Assembly: GCA_904063045.1 (NCBI GenBank)
Contig: CAJFCJ010000068.1
Location: 78,453 to 142,452, forward strand
Direction of reading: 5' to 3'
DNA from: Dimorphilus gyrociliatus
Taxonomy: Eukaryota > Animalia > Annelida
DNA length: 64,000 nucleotides
The notes under the pieces were generated by a model, which did not search any database, was not told where the DNA came from, and worked only from the letters and a program-made list of their open reading frames with translations. Within the stretch, counting starts at the first letter, position 1, and every line of letters starts with the position of its first letter. Below, in pieces: positions 1-12,458 of the stretch. The position numbers were made by a program, and so were the translations under genes.

Positions 1-2042
1 AAAAGGTTAAAAAATTATACATCTTTTGTTGTTGATAATCACCATCTATCAAAACCTAAACAAATTCAGACTGTTTGCAAAAGGAACAAGATTTTTGCAA
101 TAATCATTGTACACCAACTTGGATCTTTAATGATGGAAGATATGATTGCCAGGATAAATCTGATGAAGCTATTATATTTAATAAGGACAAGAATGATTGC
201 TTTTTATATTATAATTCATTAGGATATGCAAAGACAAACCTATTCAGAAAATATGAATGCTGTAATACAACATGCAAGATTGGTCGATATAATTGTTATA
301 AATTAAACTATTGCATTTCAATTGAACAAATCTGTGATGATATCCATCATTGTCCTCTAGGTGATGATGAAGTAAATTGTGGTTAGTAAAATTCTCTCTC
401 TCACACTAACTCAATTTTACTTATTTGTCCAAGATGCATTTATACCAAAAGGATTCTTTAAATGTAGCAATGAAAGACATTTCTTAAATTATGAAAAGGT
501 TTGTGATGGTATTGTTAATTGTCAATATGGAAGTGATGAAATACTTTGCAACAAATTTAAAAATTCAAATAAAATTATTAAAAATTGCTTTGAACCTTCA
601 CCTTTTACTATTGAATGTAAATTTGATATTTTTCCACCAACAGCCATTTTGGATACAATTTATAGAAGAGTTAGTATTGAAGGTAATTTGCATAGTCATA
701 ATCTGGAAAAATCTATAAATCTATTAAATTTAACAATTTTCAATGGAATTTTAAACAAAAATTTCTCTTCAAAACTTTTTCCAAATGTAATTTATCTAAG
801 GCTTAAAAATGTGTCATCATTAAATTCATGGAATACTTCAAAAGTTTTTACATCAACTTTAAAACTGTTACAGCATCTTGACTTATCAAATAATCCTTTA
901 AATAGTCTACAATTTATTAAGATATTACAGGCTAATTATCTAGCTTATCTTGATATTTCATCAACAAAACTTGACAAAATTCTCTTTGGAGAGTTTAAAT
1001 TTTTAAAACATTTAAATATTTTAAAAATCAGAAAGTGTAATATAAAATTTATTGAACAATTATCATTTACACCATTTGAAAAAAATCTGGGTCAAATTAA
1101 TTTAAGTTTTACAAATTTACCAAAATTTTCATTGACAACTATTGTTGAAGATTTAAAAAATGTTGAGAAAGTATGGACAAATGATATGACTTTATGTTGC
1201 CTTTTATGGCAGTTTAATAATAAAAAAATTGAATGTAAATTCAAATTTAATGCTCATAAAACATGCTCAAAATTAATTAGTTTAAATTCAACACGTTTTC
1301 TATTTTGGATACTTTTATTTTTTGGTATATTGGGAAATTTTTTCACAATTTTATTAATTATTTTCTCTGAGCATTTACAATCAAAATATTTCTATCTATA
1401 ATACTCAACTGGTGTTCTATTAACAGCAATTTATACTTTTATTATTGTCATATTTGACATACATTATGGTGACTTGTACACAAAAAATGATGAAGTTTGG
1501 AGATATAGTCTAACTTGTAGATTGCTTAGACCAATTTTGATTATATCATTACTTATGTCATCAATAAGTATGGTATCAATTACAATTGAAAGATATGAAG
1601 CTATAAGCAAGCCTTTTGATGAGCCATTCTTCACTAAACATTCAAAAATACTGGCAATGTGTTTAGCACTAATTAGCATATTGATAGGAATATTAGTTTT
1701 CTTTTACTTTAAAGTACAAATTTTCTTTTAGTCAGTACAATTTGTTTTTTTTTAAATCTTTTGCAAATTTCACCTTTTAAGGAAATGTTTACTGATTCAT
1801 CAATATGTTTCTATTTATATATGAAAATTAGTATGAAGGGTGAATGGTTTATCATTTTCACTCTATTCAGTATAATGATACCAGCATCTGGCTTTGTAAT
1901 ATCAGTACTCTATCTAAAAGTTATTTATATAGCTAAAAATTTAAAAACAAAGATTGGTATGAACAACTAAAGGAAATCAATTCGAAAAAGTATATTTGTA
2001 TTATCATTTGTATTAACAATAACAACAACAGAAAATAAATGA
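1..2042 (+). pseudogene. LDLa-LRR-7TM receptor (GRL101/LGR type C-like), 5' end outside window, disrupted
   Basis: LDLa motifs (CDDIHHCPLGDDEVNC, CDGIVNCQYGSDEILC), LRRs (LQHLDLSNNPL, LAYLDISST), then TM1 (FGILGNFF) and TM3 (SITIERYEAI). GT-AG introns at 382-433 and 1714-1781 keep the frame. In-frame TAA at 1399-1401 and 1968-1970; TM6/7 degenerate. Confidence 0.85.
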
Positions 2043-2961
2043 TACTTACAAATTGAATGTCACAAAAATCAGAATAAAAACTTTCACCTCTGAAAAGAAT
2101 ATGTACTCCTTGTTGGAAATATTCTTCGAAAATCTCTTCAAAGGTCAAGAAATAGATTAAGCAGGCTTTAAAATGTTTTTCAAAAAAATTGATAAAATAT
2201 TTCTCTTTCTGAGCTATTCAAATTGTTTTGAATAAAAAAACATTTCAAAAATTCAAATTGTCAATAGAGCAGCTAATTACTGACATTTCATCACCTAAAA
2301 TTATATTACATGTAGGCAATAGCAGCTTTCCAGATTTTGGCAGACAAACTGCCCAAGAAAATAACTTGTTTGGGAACTAGGCATATATGCTTCATTATTT
2401 TTGCAAACGCTTCCCAGATAACTTTTGGATTTGTGAACTATCAACTCTTGTATAAGAGTTGTATAAATTGAATAGTTCATAGGGTCAGTTAGTAGCTCAT
2501 TTAGTCAAAAAATAAGAAAGAAAATTACATTACAACCAAATATAGATACTTTAGAAGTATGTTGTTGTTGAAAAATCTTGATATGAAACATTTAAATATA
2601 TAGATAAATTAACTTTACACTCTGTTTTCTATCAAAAGTTTGTTTACAGAATGACTATTAGTGCAATATTGTGTAAAAAGAGTCCAGCACTGAGTTCAAA
2701 TCAATATATTTTTCAGAAACAAAAGAAAACGTGGCTATTGTATGATGAAATGAGAATAGCAATTAAAGTTTTCTTCATCTCCACCCATATCTATCATTCA
2801 TTTCACTATTTTGCAATTACTAAATTGCTCATTATCTCTATAAATTTTTGTACTTGACGTTGGTTTCTTGAGGTCTTTCTAAAGAAATTATTGTTATATA
2901 AGAGAGTGACAATCTTTGTATTGACAAATTTTTCAAAGTACTGAGAAGAAAAGAAAAAAGT

Positions 2962-4026
2962 ATGAATAACTCATCTTATTATCCATCATTTCCAGAAATA
3001 CCAGATACAATGGACTGGTTTATAGGTGTGAGAACTATCACATCAATTTGCTTTATTATGGGTATGTTTGGAAATGTTGTAAGTTATATTATCTTCAAAA
3101 AGGGTAGTATGAGTGGAACAACAACAGCAATTTACCTTTGCAGTTTGGCAATTGCAGATATTTTTACCATAATAGCCTGGTTCTTTTTACATTTGTTTTA
3201 TACAGTTGAACTAAGAGTTTTTCAAAATCGCAGAGATATTTTATATTTTTCTTGTTTGGCAAGAGAAGGATTTAGTAAGATGACTCAGCAAGCCAGTACA
3301 TTAATACTTTGTGCAATGACTATTGATAGAAGTGTATTTGTACTTTTTCCAACAAAAGCCAAATCCTGGATTTCAAAGAAAAGAACAATCGCCATAATTT
3401 CAATAATATGTATTCTTTCAGCTGTGGGTTATTCAATTGTTTTTATCATGATAGATGATGTTTTAATTATTGATAATCCTTTCAAAAAAGACTCTGGATT
3501 GTTCTTTTGCATTGCTAGAAGTGAATCATGGGATATCTTTTACAAAAAGATTACTCCAACTATTGAGGTAGTTGCCTTATATTATGTACCTGGATTCATT
3601 CTTATTATAACAAATGCACTAATTCTTAGAGCATTGATAACAGCTAGCAGAGAAAGAAAAAAACTTACAACTGCAAATAGTAAGGATGATAGGAAGGGTC
3701 TAAATTCATCAATTCTTCTCCTTACTATTTCAACATATTTCATTTTATGTTCAGTACCAACAGTAATGTTGTTTGTATATGTAAACTATTTTTTGAAAAA
3801 TCCTACAACTGATGATGTTGCATTCTTGAAAAAGGGAGCTTTGCTCTCGGAAATTACAGTCAAATCAAATAGTGCATTAAACTTTTACTTTTATTGCTTA
3901 AGTGGCAGAAAATTTAGAAGTGAATTCCTAGCATTATTCCAGAAAAAGTCAATGAAAAGTACAAATTCCAGTAGAAATACAATTGAAAAATGTAATACTT
4001 TTAGTAAACAAGTTACTTCATCCTGA
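2962..4026 (+). CDS. Intronless class A (rhodopsin-like) GPCR, peptide-receptor-like, intact
   Basis: 354-aa ORF with seven hydrophobic segments: GN in TM1 (MFGNVVS), LAIAD in TM2, DRS at TM3 end, TM7 NSALNFYFYCLSGRKFR. Confidence 0.93.
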   Translation: MNNSSYYPSFPEIPDTMDWFIGVRTITSICFIMGMFGNVVSYIIFKKGSMSGTTTAIYLCSLAIADIFTIIAWFFLHLFYTVELRVFQNRRDILYFSCLAREGFSKMTQQASTLILCAMTIDRSVFVLFPTKAKSWISKKRTIAIISIICILSAVGYSIVFIMIDDVLIIDNPFKKDSGLFFCIARSESWDIFYKKITPTIEVVALYYVPGFILIITNALILRALITASRERKKLTTANSKDDRKGLNSSILLLTISTYFILCSVPTVMLFVYVNYFLKNPTTDDVAFLKKGALLSEITVKSNSALNFYFYCLSGRKFRSEFLALFQKKSMKSTNSSRNTIEKCNTFSKQVTSS

Positions 4027-4189
4027 AATTTCAGGTAAATTCACAGTTTATTTACAATTTTTAAATACATTTTAATTTTTTTGAAATGTACCTTTCCATT
4101 AAGATTTTCAATACTGTTTTAGCTCTTTACAAACACCCTCAAAACCCATGTTCACACACACTCACACACACATACAGGTAATAATTTTC

Positions 4190-5150
4190 TTTTTTTTTGT
4201 AAATATATATCATTACTCTAACATTGTTTTGCAGATAGCAGCCATTTTTGGATTTATACAGGCCTAAATAAAAGGAGATATGAACCTCATTAGTAGCTGT
4301 TATTAGCTTTCAATAGCCATTCAAAATTGCAGAGTACTCTTTAATGCATTACAATTCTATTCATCACACCTTTCACAAACTGGATTAAATGGCAGAATAT
4401 TCAGAATAGAATTGTCTTCAAGTAATATCAACTATTCATTTTATAAGAGTAGCCAATTTTCAAATAGTAACTCTTGTAGGAGTTGCTCAAAACATTCACA
4501 GAGATAAATGGAAATAAGCACTTCCTTCAAGAAGCATTTCTTCTTAACGGATCCAACAGAAAAGTCCCCAAATGCATGGTTTAACCCTAACCCTATCCTA
4601 GCCCTTGTCTCTGCCTAACCTGTTTAATTACCCGTAACCCTTAGGTGGAACCCCCCTAACTACAAATCAATACCTACTTTACTCCTTCTGATCATTTTTC
4701 AATATGAAATTTTGCTTTCAAAAATCTCACTTGGGGACGTTTTCTGTCAGCCCCCTTCTTAACATACAGTGTAACTAAAGTCTGAAAAATATGGGTGCAG
4801 CAGAAAATATCCACAAATGACAATGTCAACAAAATTATTCTATAAGCAATACATGACTGTTTATTGAAGGAAATATAATTATAAGATTTTTCAATAAATT
4901 TAAGTTAATGATGTAATGATAGGTCAGCAATTTCTCTTAGAAACTGTTTCCTGTTTGTAGCTTCCTTTATTGATTTCATACAAAAAGATAAATCTGTTTG
5001 TTAACATTTAAAACATTAGCATGTTTTTAGTAGGTCATAAAATAATGCAAGATGTAACAATTTTTGGTAGAAGTTGGATTATGTCCAATACACAAAAATA
5101 GTCAAAGGTCAGTATAATTGTATTCCTTTAAATTTGAAGCAAAACCCTTA
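4190..5150 (-). pseudogene. Highly degenerate class A GPCR remnant, probable paralog of 5907-6914, interrupted by a MITE
   Basis: Minus-strand fragments LTNRFIFCMKS (cf. FIYRYLFVKYP) and FISPFI*ACINPKMAAIC (cf. IFIQAINNPIIAII) occur in the correct order, with many stops and frameshifts. Boundaries approximate. Confidence 0.35.
4549..4754. mobile_element. MULE-like MITE with internal telomere-like CCCTAA repeats
   Basis: TIRs GGATCCAACAGAAAAGTCCCCAAATG / CACTTGGGGACGTTTTCTGTCAGCCCC. Perfect 9-bp TSD CTTCTTAAC (4540-4548, 4755-4763). Internal TAACCCTAACCCTATCCTAGCCC. Confidence 0.8.
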
Positions 5151-5906
5151 CCAGTACAAACTAGAGATTTACTATTACTGAATAATTTTTGTTACAATCA
5201 ATTGAAAATTTACTAAAATTATCATCAATTTAAGGAATTTTACATTAGCATTTGAACATAAGGTCAGCTTTTTAAGTACATTTATACACCAGTTTTCTAA
5301 TCTCTTGACAATTATTTATTAAATAGAATGTCTCTCATTTTGTCATATACCATTTTAAATAGGTCACAAAAATCCTGAACAATTAGCATTCAGCTCCTTA
5401 AACAAAACACATAACATCTTAGCTTTTCTCTGATATTTGTTTGCCAATTTTGTTAAAATTTGTAGCAAATTAACCCTGACTTAATAAGTTTTTTATAAAG
5501 GAAATTAATTTATTTTTCAAATTGAAAAAAGTTTTTTAAATTTATCCACAAATTTGAAAATTAAGGCAAGCAGGTGTAGGAAAGTTGAATAGCATGGTAG
5601 ATAGTGTGTAGCACTTGCCAAGTTACCAACAAACCTCCAACCAGAAAGAGTAAGAGTCTTCTTCTAGCAATTCTAATATACTAAAATATTCAGCTTGTCT
5701 CCCCATGGTGTTTCAGGTGATTTTCTCAGGTGAAAGGTAGATATAGAGATAGAGATAGCTGGTTTAAATGAAACTCTTGTGAGTTTATATACTCTTTGAT
5801 TAGTCTATGTTATCCAATCATCAGTTTACATTTGGGAAAATTTTTGAATAGTATAAAAATTTTTTATTTGAAAAATATTGAATGAGGTACAGGTGAAAAC
5901 ATCAAT

Positions 5907-6914
5907 CTATTCTACAGTAGGTGAAATATGCCTTTTTCTCAATTTCGCTATGTTCTTTAAAGATGTTTTGATTGCTGAATTACTTATAATAGCTATAATT
6001 GGATTATTAATTGCTTGAATGAAAATTGAATAGTTCAGGATATTTCCAAAGTTTTTAAACAATTGATTATTTATGTACTGTGAAGTATAAAAAATGAATG
6101 CAGTATTTAAAAAAACAAACATCATGATGCACAATTGGAAAAGAGTGGCTTTTGATGATTTTGAAAGATTTTTAACATTTTGAGTTTGAGTTTTCATACT
6201 ATCAGTATGTAATTTGGCAATTTTTAAAGTTTTCATATGTAGGATTACAGCTCCAAAAATATAAGGTATATATAATCCACCGTATACAAGAAAATATTCA
6301 GGAGGAAAGCTATAATATCCATTGCAAAATTCTCTATTTCCATATCCCATAAATTCAATATAGAGTGGGAACATACATATTAACAAAGTGATTAGAATGA
6401 TACTTACAAATATCAACAACAATCTTTTTGGGGTAAAATATTTTTGAAATTGAAATGGATATTTAACAAATAAATATCTATATATGAATACAAATAATAA
6501 TAAACATTGAGTATCAGCAAACAAGATTCCATTACTTGAACTTATTAAGATACAAATAACAGGTGAAAAATTTTCAGGATTGGCAGAATTTCCCAAAAGT
6601 CTAAGTATAATAAACCATATTATTGATATTAAATCACATACAGACAATGCAGGTATGAATATTACAACAGTTTCTCTTACAATTTCATAATTAACATATG
6701 TAAAAATGACAAGAAAATTTAAAAATAATGCTATAATAAACAACAAATAGACAATTGCTTTTAGGAGATCATTGTCCCAATTGAGTGATTCATTAATGAG
6801 TAGTGATGGTGATGTTGATAATCTAATAGTTTGATTTAGGTACATCATTTCAACAGACAAAATATCATCATTAAGAATAATTTCAAAACTGAGCATATGA
6901 CAATGTAATATCAA
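5907..6914 (-). CDS. Intronless class A GPCR-like 7TM protein
   Basis: Stop-free ORF with seven hydrophobic stretches: LN in TM1, LSVCDL in TM2, YRY at TM3 end, NNPII in TM7. First ATG at 6848 is the likelier start. Confidence 0.85.
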   Translation of the reverse strand: MILHCHMLSFEIILNDDILSVEMMYLNQTIRLSTSPSLLINESLNWDNDLLKAIVYLLFIIALFLNFLVIFTYVNYEIVRETVVIFIPALSVCDLISIIWFIILRLLGNSANPENFSPVICILISSSNGILFADTQCLLLFVFIYRYLFVKYPFQFQKYFTPKRLLLIFVSIILITLLICMFPLYIEFMGYGNREFCNGYYSFPPEYFLVYGGLYIPYIFGAVILHMKTLKIAKLHTDSMKTQTQNVKNLSKSSKATLFQLCIMMFVFLNTAFIFYTSQYINNQLFKNFGNILNYSIFIQAINNPIIAIISNSAIKTSLKNIAKLRKRHISPTVE

Positions 6915-8049
6915 TATTTGAACTATGTTGGCTTTTTATAGACACAGAAGAAGCAATAATTGATGTTGTATAAATGAAAGATAAACAAGCATCTAAATAT
7001 TTAATGACTAAAGCTTTTAACAAGAATAAACAAAGCTATTTTCTCTTTCTTTAGGAAGATGTGCCAATGAAATGTTACCTGTAATAGGTTAAGATGATAA
7101 TAATAAATTATTCAGGGTTAATACACCAGCAATGTAAATCTGTTTGACAAACATTTTAAATGGTATGTTGATTTGCTTTTAGCAATCCCTATCTCTCAAT
7201 TACTAATAATTTTTGACAGTGGCCATATTTAAATATGGCTTACAAATTAATTTTGTATAGAATCAATTGTTTGTAATTGGAAAATGTATTTCAAAAGTAG
7301 TAAAAAATATTGTTATCATAGAAAGTGTTCACAAGTAAAAAAAAACAACATTCATACACTAAATAAGATTGTTTTAATTTGAGCATTGAAATTTCTTTTG
7401 TAGAATCTTTTTTACTATTATTCCAAATGAAAAAATATCCTTTTTGTCACTTCCTCTGTGATAATTGATGGCACAAATAGAGTTTGGTTGTATGCTGAAA
7501 TATTCTTCTCTTTCCTAGATTTATAGAAAAAAGAATGTAGTAGTTTTTTTGTTTGTTTTTCAAAGAAAACAAACAATTTCTACCTCAAAATAGATTTCAT
7601 CCAATGACAATGATCCATCAAATGATAAAGAACTTTGATGAACAATTGAAATAGTCTTAGAGATATCTTTTATGCACATTAAATAGAATTGATTCAAAAA
7701 GAATTCCCTTTTAAATATTATCTTTGAAAATCTTTTTCTAGGATTCACCATCAATAGATAGCCTTTCAGCTGAGTAGTTACAACATCTAAAACTATAATA
7801 AACTATGTTAATAAGATAGATGTACAAAAAGTTTTCAATCTTTATCTACAATTTTGAGTGCTTAGAGAAAGAGCCGCATTCATTTCCTGTATTCTAACTG
7901 GAGGAAAGGTGGAGGATGGGGAAAGGGGAAGGAATTTAAAAAAAAATAGCAAGTAGTTGAAAAAAAATAGAGTCCACAATTTTTTTTATAGAATTGAGTG
8001 CGAACCTAGCCATTTGCAAAAAAAGTGGACTCTTGAACTTATACTCTTT

Positions 8050-11000
8050 CTATATTAACATGTTATCCTGAAATTTCTGTTTATTTGTCTTATATCTTCT
8101 AAAACTCTCTTCAATACTTGAAATAAAAGGATATGAAATTGAATTTAGTGGAATAATGAGTACAACTATAAATTTGTAGATGTCATCTTTCATTATGAAA
8201 TTAGTAAGCCATGAGAAAATTCCTAAGAAAAAAGAATATATAGAAATTTTTAATTTAAACTAAGAGAAAAAGACTGTTTTGGATATTCTCTCTCTCTTTC
8301 TTTCTCTTCTTTTTCTAGTTCACTTAAAAATTGTATTAGAAGAAAATACAAAATTTGACAATTTTTAAGTAAACTTCTGAGAGTAAATCTCCTTTATTCT
8401 TTCTATTTTACCTAGAATAAAAACTGGTAACCAAACTAAAATACTAAGAAGCATCTGTATTAGAATACTCTTTTTAATTTTTTTCCCAGCATTCTGCTCT
8501 TTTTGCTTGATGGAAACAGTTTTTGAAGATGCTTCTATGTGAAAGAAAATCTTTACATAAAAAAAGATTGTTAAAGTATGAAGCATTGGTTGATAAATTA
8601 TAAAAAATATAAAAGAAAACATCCAGCCTTGACCTCTTAAGCTTCTTATGAAAATTTTCACACAAATAGGAGATTCGCTATGAAATTGCTTTATTTTTGT
8701 TTATTTTAGAAAAGAAAAAAGAAAATTTGTGTACTATTAATCTATGATCAAAATCCAACAGACTAAAATGCCTGTAGAGCAACCCAAATTAGCCCTACCC
8801 TGACCTTTTTCTTTGGTAATTTTACTGACTAACCCCTTGGGTTGTTGTCATTAATCGAAACGTTATGCAAACGTAATGAAACTATAGACAGGCACTTATT
8901 CCGTTCAAATTTGAATATTGTCTTACATGCCCATAATAAAATGGGAATAAAGAAGCCACAATAGAAATGCTCAATGTTAATAATATAAATGATTGTTGAT
9001 AAGAGGAAACCAGGGATTTTTTAAATGGATGAATGATTACAGAGTGTCTTTCAAAAGCAATAAGACACATTGTTGAACTGGATAGCATCATTGCGAAATA
9101 ATATTTAAAACCCAACACCTGACAGAAAAGACTCTGTCGCCAGCCAATATCATTTTCAATGTAATTGTCATTGTAATAAACATCAGCTATTGCTATGGAA
9201 ACGAGATAGAAACAGATGGATAAATCACTTACATTCTCCAACAGTGTAAACTTTTGCTTAACAATAAATTTTGATTTGATGAGGAAATAGATTAGGCTAA
9301 AATTTCCAATTAGGGATATCATTGTGATTAGCCAATGAGCAACTTTCTTAATATATGATCCTATAATTCCGGAACAAATTTTCCATTCTCTACTGGACGT
9401 TCGACAATTGGTCACTTTTCTCTTCGACTGCCAAACAAGGCAACAAATGTACAAATTTTCAACACGAATCATTTCTACATTTACAATAGATCTTATAAAT
9501 TCATTTGTTAATTGAAATGATAGTTTTGTTCCTCTAAAGTCTAATTTTCTCAGTTGTATCTTTTGTGAAAATGCTAAATTTTCAATTTTCTTTACAATAC
9601 AATTTCTTAAAATAAACACTTCCAAGTATTTCAAATCCAACAGATCAATACCGGAAATGATGATTATTTTTGTATTTGAAATGTCAAGGTGTCTTATGAG
9701 ATGACAATTGAGCTTTTTAATGAAAGATAGTGATGTTATTGGATTGAATTGGAGGATTAATGTTTGTAGAATTGATAATTTAATATCCAAAATTGATGCT
9801 CTATCAGTTAATTGTAAATTTACCAATTGCAAATGTACTAAATTTGGAAAATTTAATTGTAAACTGGTAAATTTTACATTGTTTTCAACAATTAAAACAT
9901 TCAATTCAGTTGAATTTTTCAAGAGATTCTTTAACAAATCATCATTACTATTTCCACCGGAAATGGTAATTTTTTTTAAATATTGAGTATTATACATTAA
10001 GGAACTATTGGTGTAATTGTTGGTGTTTTTTGAAGAAAAACTACAGAATAGATAAAAAGTCAGGGTTGTATTGCAATTATCTATTTGAATGTTTGGAAAA
10101 TTGCATAAATATTCATCACTGCCATCTAAACAGTCTATAATTCCATTGCAAACATGCTCTGGATTAAGAAATATCCTTTCATTTTGACATTTAAAAAATC
10201 CTCTCATGTTTAATTTATCTTTTGTTTATAGACAAAAAAGTTTTCTACAGCGGTTGACATTGACATTTTAGTATTTTAAAAAAAAAACACCTACCACAAT
10301 TCACTTCATCATCTCCTTGTCTGCAGTGAGCAACACCATCACATAGCAAATCACTGGCTATATAATAACCTTCTCCAATGCATAGATATTGTTGGACATT
10401 TATGTATATTGCATAGTTTTGTTTGATAGAACATGTCAGTTTTTGGATGGCCCAATGAGGAAAGACTAAAGTAGCAATTTTCACTTTTGTCAATAGGGAT
10501 TTGACGTTTTGATTCGTCATTTCTGTTTTCACAGTCATATTTGTTATCATCGTTGAATCTTTTTGCTATGCAGTATATTCCACAGTTCACTTGGGTTTCA
10601 TTACGACAGTCTGATAAGCAAAGGGTTAGGTTTTGGGGTTAGGGTTAGGGTTAATTTCAGAATTGGACCTGTAGTGTAGTTTTTAACTAATGCTTTAAAA
10701 TGATGACAATATTCATCACTACCATCGAAGCAGTGTTTTTCATTGTCGCATACATTATTCTTATCAATACATTGATTTGTTGTTGAGCACTTTCTATATA
10801 TATGAATAATCAATTAATCAATAAAACTCCCTTAATTTACAATGTTAGCTTTGTCTTTTTACATTCTATTGGCATCAGCTTGACAATCATTTGCAACTGT
10901 TTAGACAGATTGTTTAAAAATTGATTTTAGAGCATAATTCATAAAAAGAACACTTACAACAAGACTCTTCATCTGATTTGTCTGGACAATCAAAAATATT

Positions 11001-11237
11001 ATTGCAGACAAGGTTAGTGCTAATTTTTTCAGATACATTAGTAAGACAATGGAAAAAGTGTTGAACGCCATTCTTAGAACAGTCTCTTTCATCCCAATCA
11101 CCAATCAAGCAGTCGTTCTTTCCGTTGCAGTGCGAAACTGTATTTATATAATTTCCATCACTTTTACAAAATATATAATATTTCATTATTGCTTTTGGAA
11201 TCATTTCAAATGGATATTGAAAAAGTGGAAAATTCTC
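8050..11237 (-). pseudogene. Multi-LDLa-LRR-7TM receptor (GRL101/LGR type C-like), 3' part; one frameshift
   Basis: At least five LDLa modules in exons 10914-11204, 10601-10813, 10245-10590 and the start of 8882-10207. Then LRRs and TM1-4 (IAFERH), a TM5-6 exon ~8418-8693, and a last exon GIFSWL...IIPLNSISYPF ending TAG at 8050-8052. 1-nt frameshift near 10392 (CP/QYLC), real or sequencing error. Confidence 0.85.
10623..10653 (+). repeat. Short interstitial telomere-like (TTAGGG)n tract in an intron
   Basis: GGGTTAGGTTTTGGGGTTAGGGTTAGGGTTA. Confidence 0.7.
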
Positions 11238-11344
11238 TAATTCTAAAACAAGGAAGAAGGGAAAATAGAGCTGACAACTTGAGTGATTTTGTTCTCTTCA
11301 TTTACCAGTAGTTTGTTGGCAAATTGGTATATTAGCTACAAAAG

Positions 11345-12327
11345 NNNNNNNNNNNNNNNNNNNNNNNNNNNNNNNNNNNNNNNNNNNNNNNNNNNNNNNN
11401 NNNNNNNNNNNNNNNNNNNNNNNNNNNNNNNNNNNNNNNNNNNNNNNNNNNNNNNNNNNNNNNNNNNNNNNNNNNNNNNNNNNNNNNNNNNNNNNNNNNN
11501 NNNNNNNNNNNNNNNNNNNNNNNNNNNNNNNNNNNNNNNNNNNNNNNNNNNNNNNNNNNNNNNNNNNNNNNNNNNNNNNNNNNNNNNNNNNNNNNNNNNN
11601 NNNNNNNNNNNNNNNNNNNNNNNNNNNNNNNNNNNNNNNNNNNNNNNNNNNNNNNNNNNNNNNNNNNNNNNNNNNNNNNNNNNNNNNNNNNNNNNNNNNN
11701 NNNNNNNNNNNNNNNNNNNNNNNNNNNNNNNNNNNNNNNNNNNNNNNNNNNNNNNNNNNNNNNNNNNNNNNNNNNNNNNNNNNNNNNNNNNNNNNNNNNN
11801 NNNNNNNNNNNNNNNNNNNNNNNNNNNNNNNNNNNNNNNNNNNNNNNNNNNNNNNNNNNNNNNNNNNNNNNNNNNNNNNNNNNNNNNNNNNNNNNNNNNN
11901 NNNNNNNNNNNNNNNNNNNNNNNNNNNNNNNNNNNNNNNNNNNNNNNNNNNNNNNNNNNNNNNNNNNNNNNNNNNNNNNNNNNNNNNNNNNNNNNNNNNN
12001 NNNNNNNNNNNNNNNNNNNNNNNNNNNNNNNNNNNNNNNNNNNNNNNNNNNNNNNNNNNNNNNNNNNNNNNNNNNNNNNNNNNNNNNNNNNNNNNNNNNN
12101 NNNNNNNNNNNNNNNNNNNNNNNNNNNNNNNNNNNNNNNNNNNNNNNNNNNNNNNNNNNNNNNNNNNNNNNNNNNNNNNNNNNNNNNNNNNNNNNNNNNN
12201 NNNNNNNNNNNNNNNNNNNNNNNNNNNNNNNNNNNNNNNNNNNNNNNNNNNNNNNNNNNNNNNNNNNNNNNNNNNNNNNNNNNNNNNNNNNNNNNNNNNN
12301 NNNNNNNNNNNNNNNNNNNNNNNNNNN
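11345..12327. other. Assembly gap (N run)
   Basis: Continuous Ns. Confidence 1.
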
Positions 12328-12458
12328 TGGGTATAAAAGATAATTTCCAGATAGGCGAAAATCTACAAATTCAAATGTTAACTATAATTAACATAGACAC
12401 TTTTTGCTTGGATATCTCTGTATAATTGATGGCATTTCTGTTTGACATTTGTTCCAGT

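Noticed and set aside
7560-7754. MAM-domain-like motif (GSLSLDEIYF)
   Set aside because: Single short motif without the rest of the domain; insufficient support.
10623-10653. True telomere or chromosome-fusion scar
   Set aside because: Only about 4 imperfect units inside an intron of a gene that continues on both sides.
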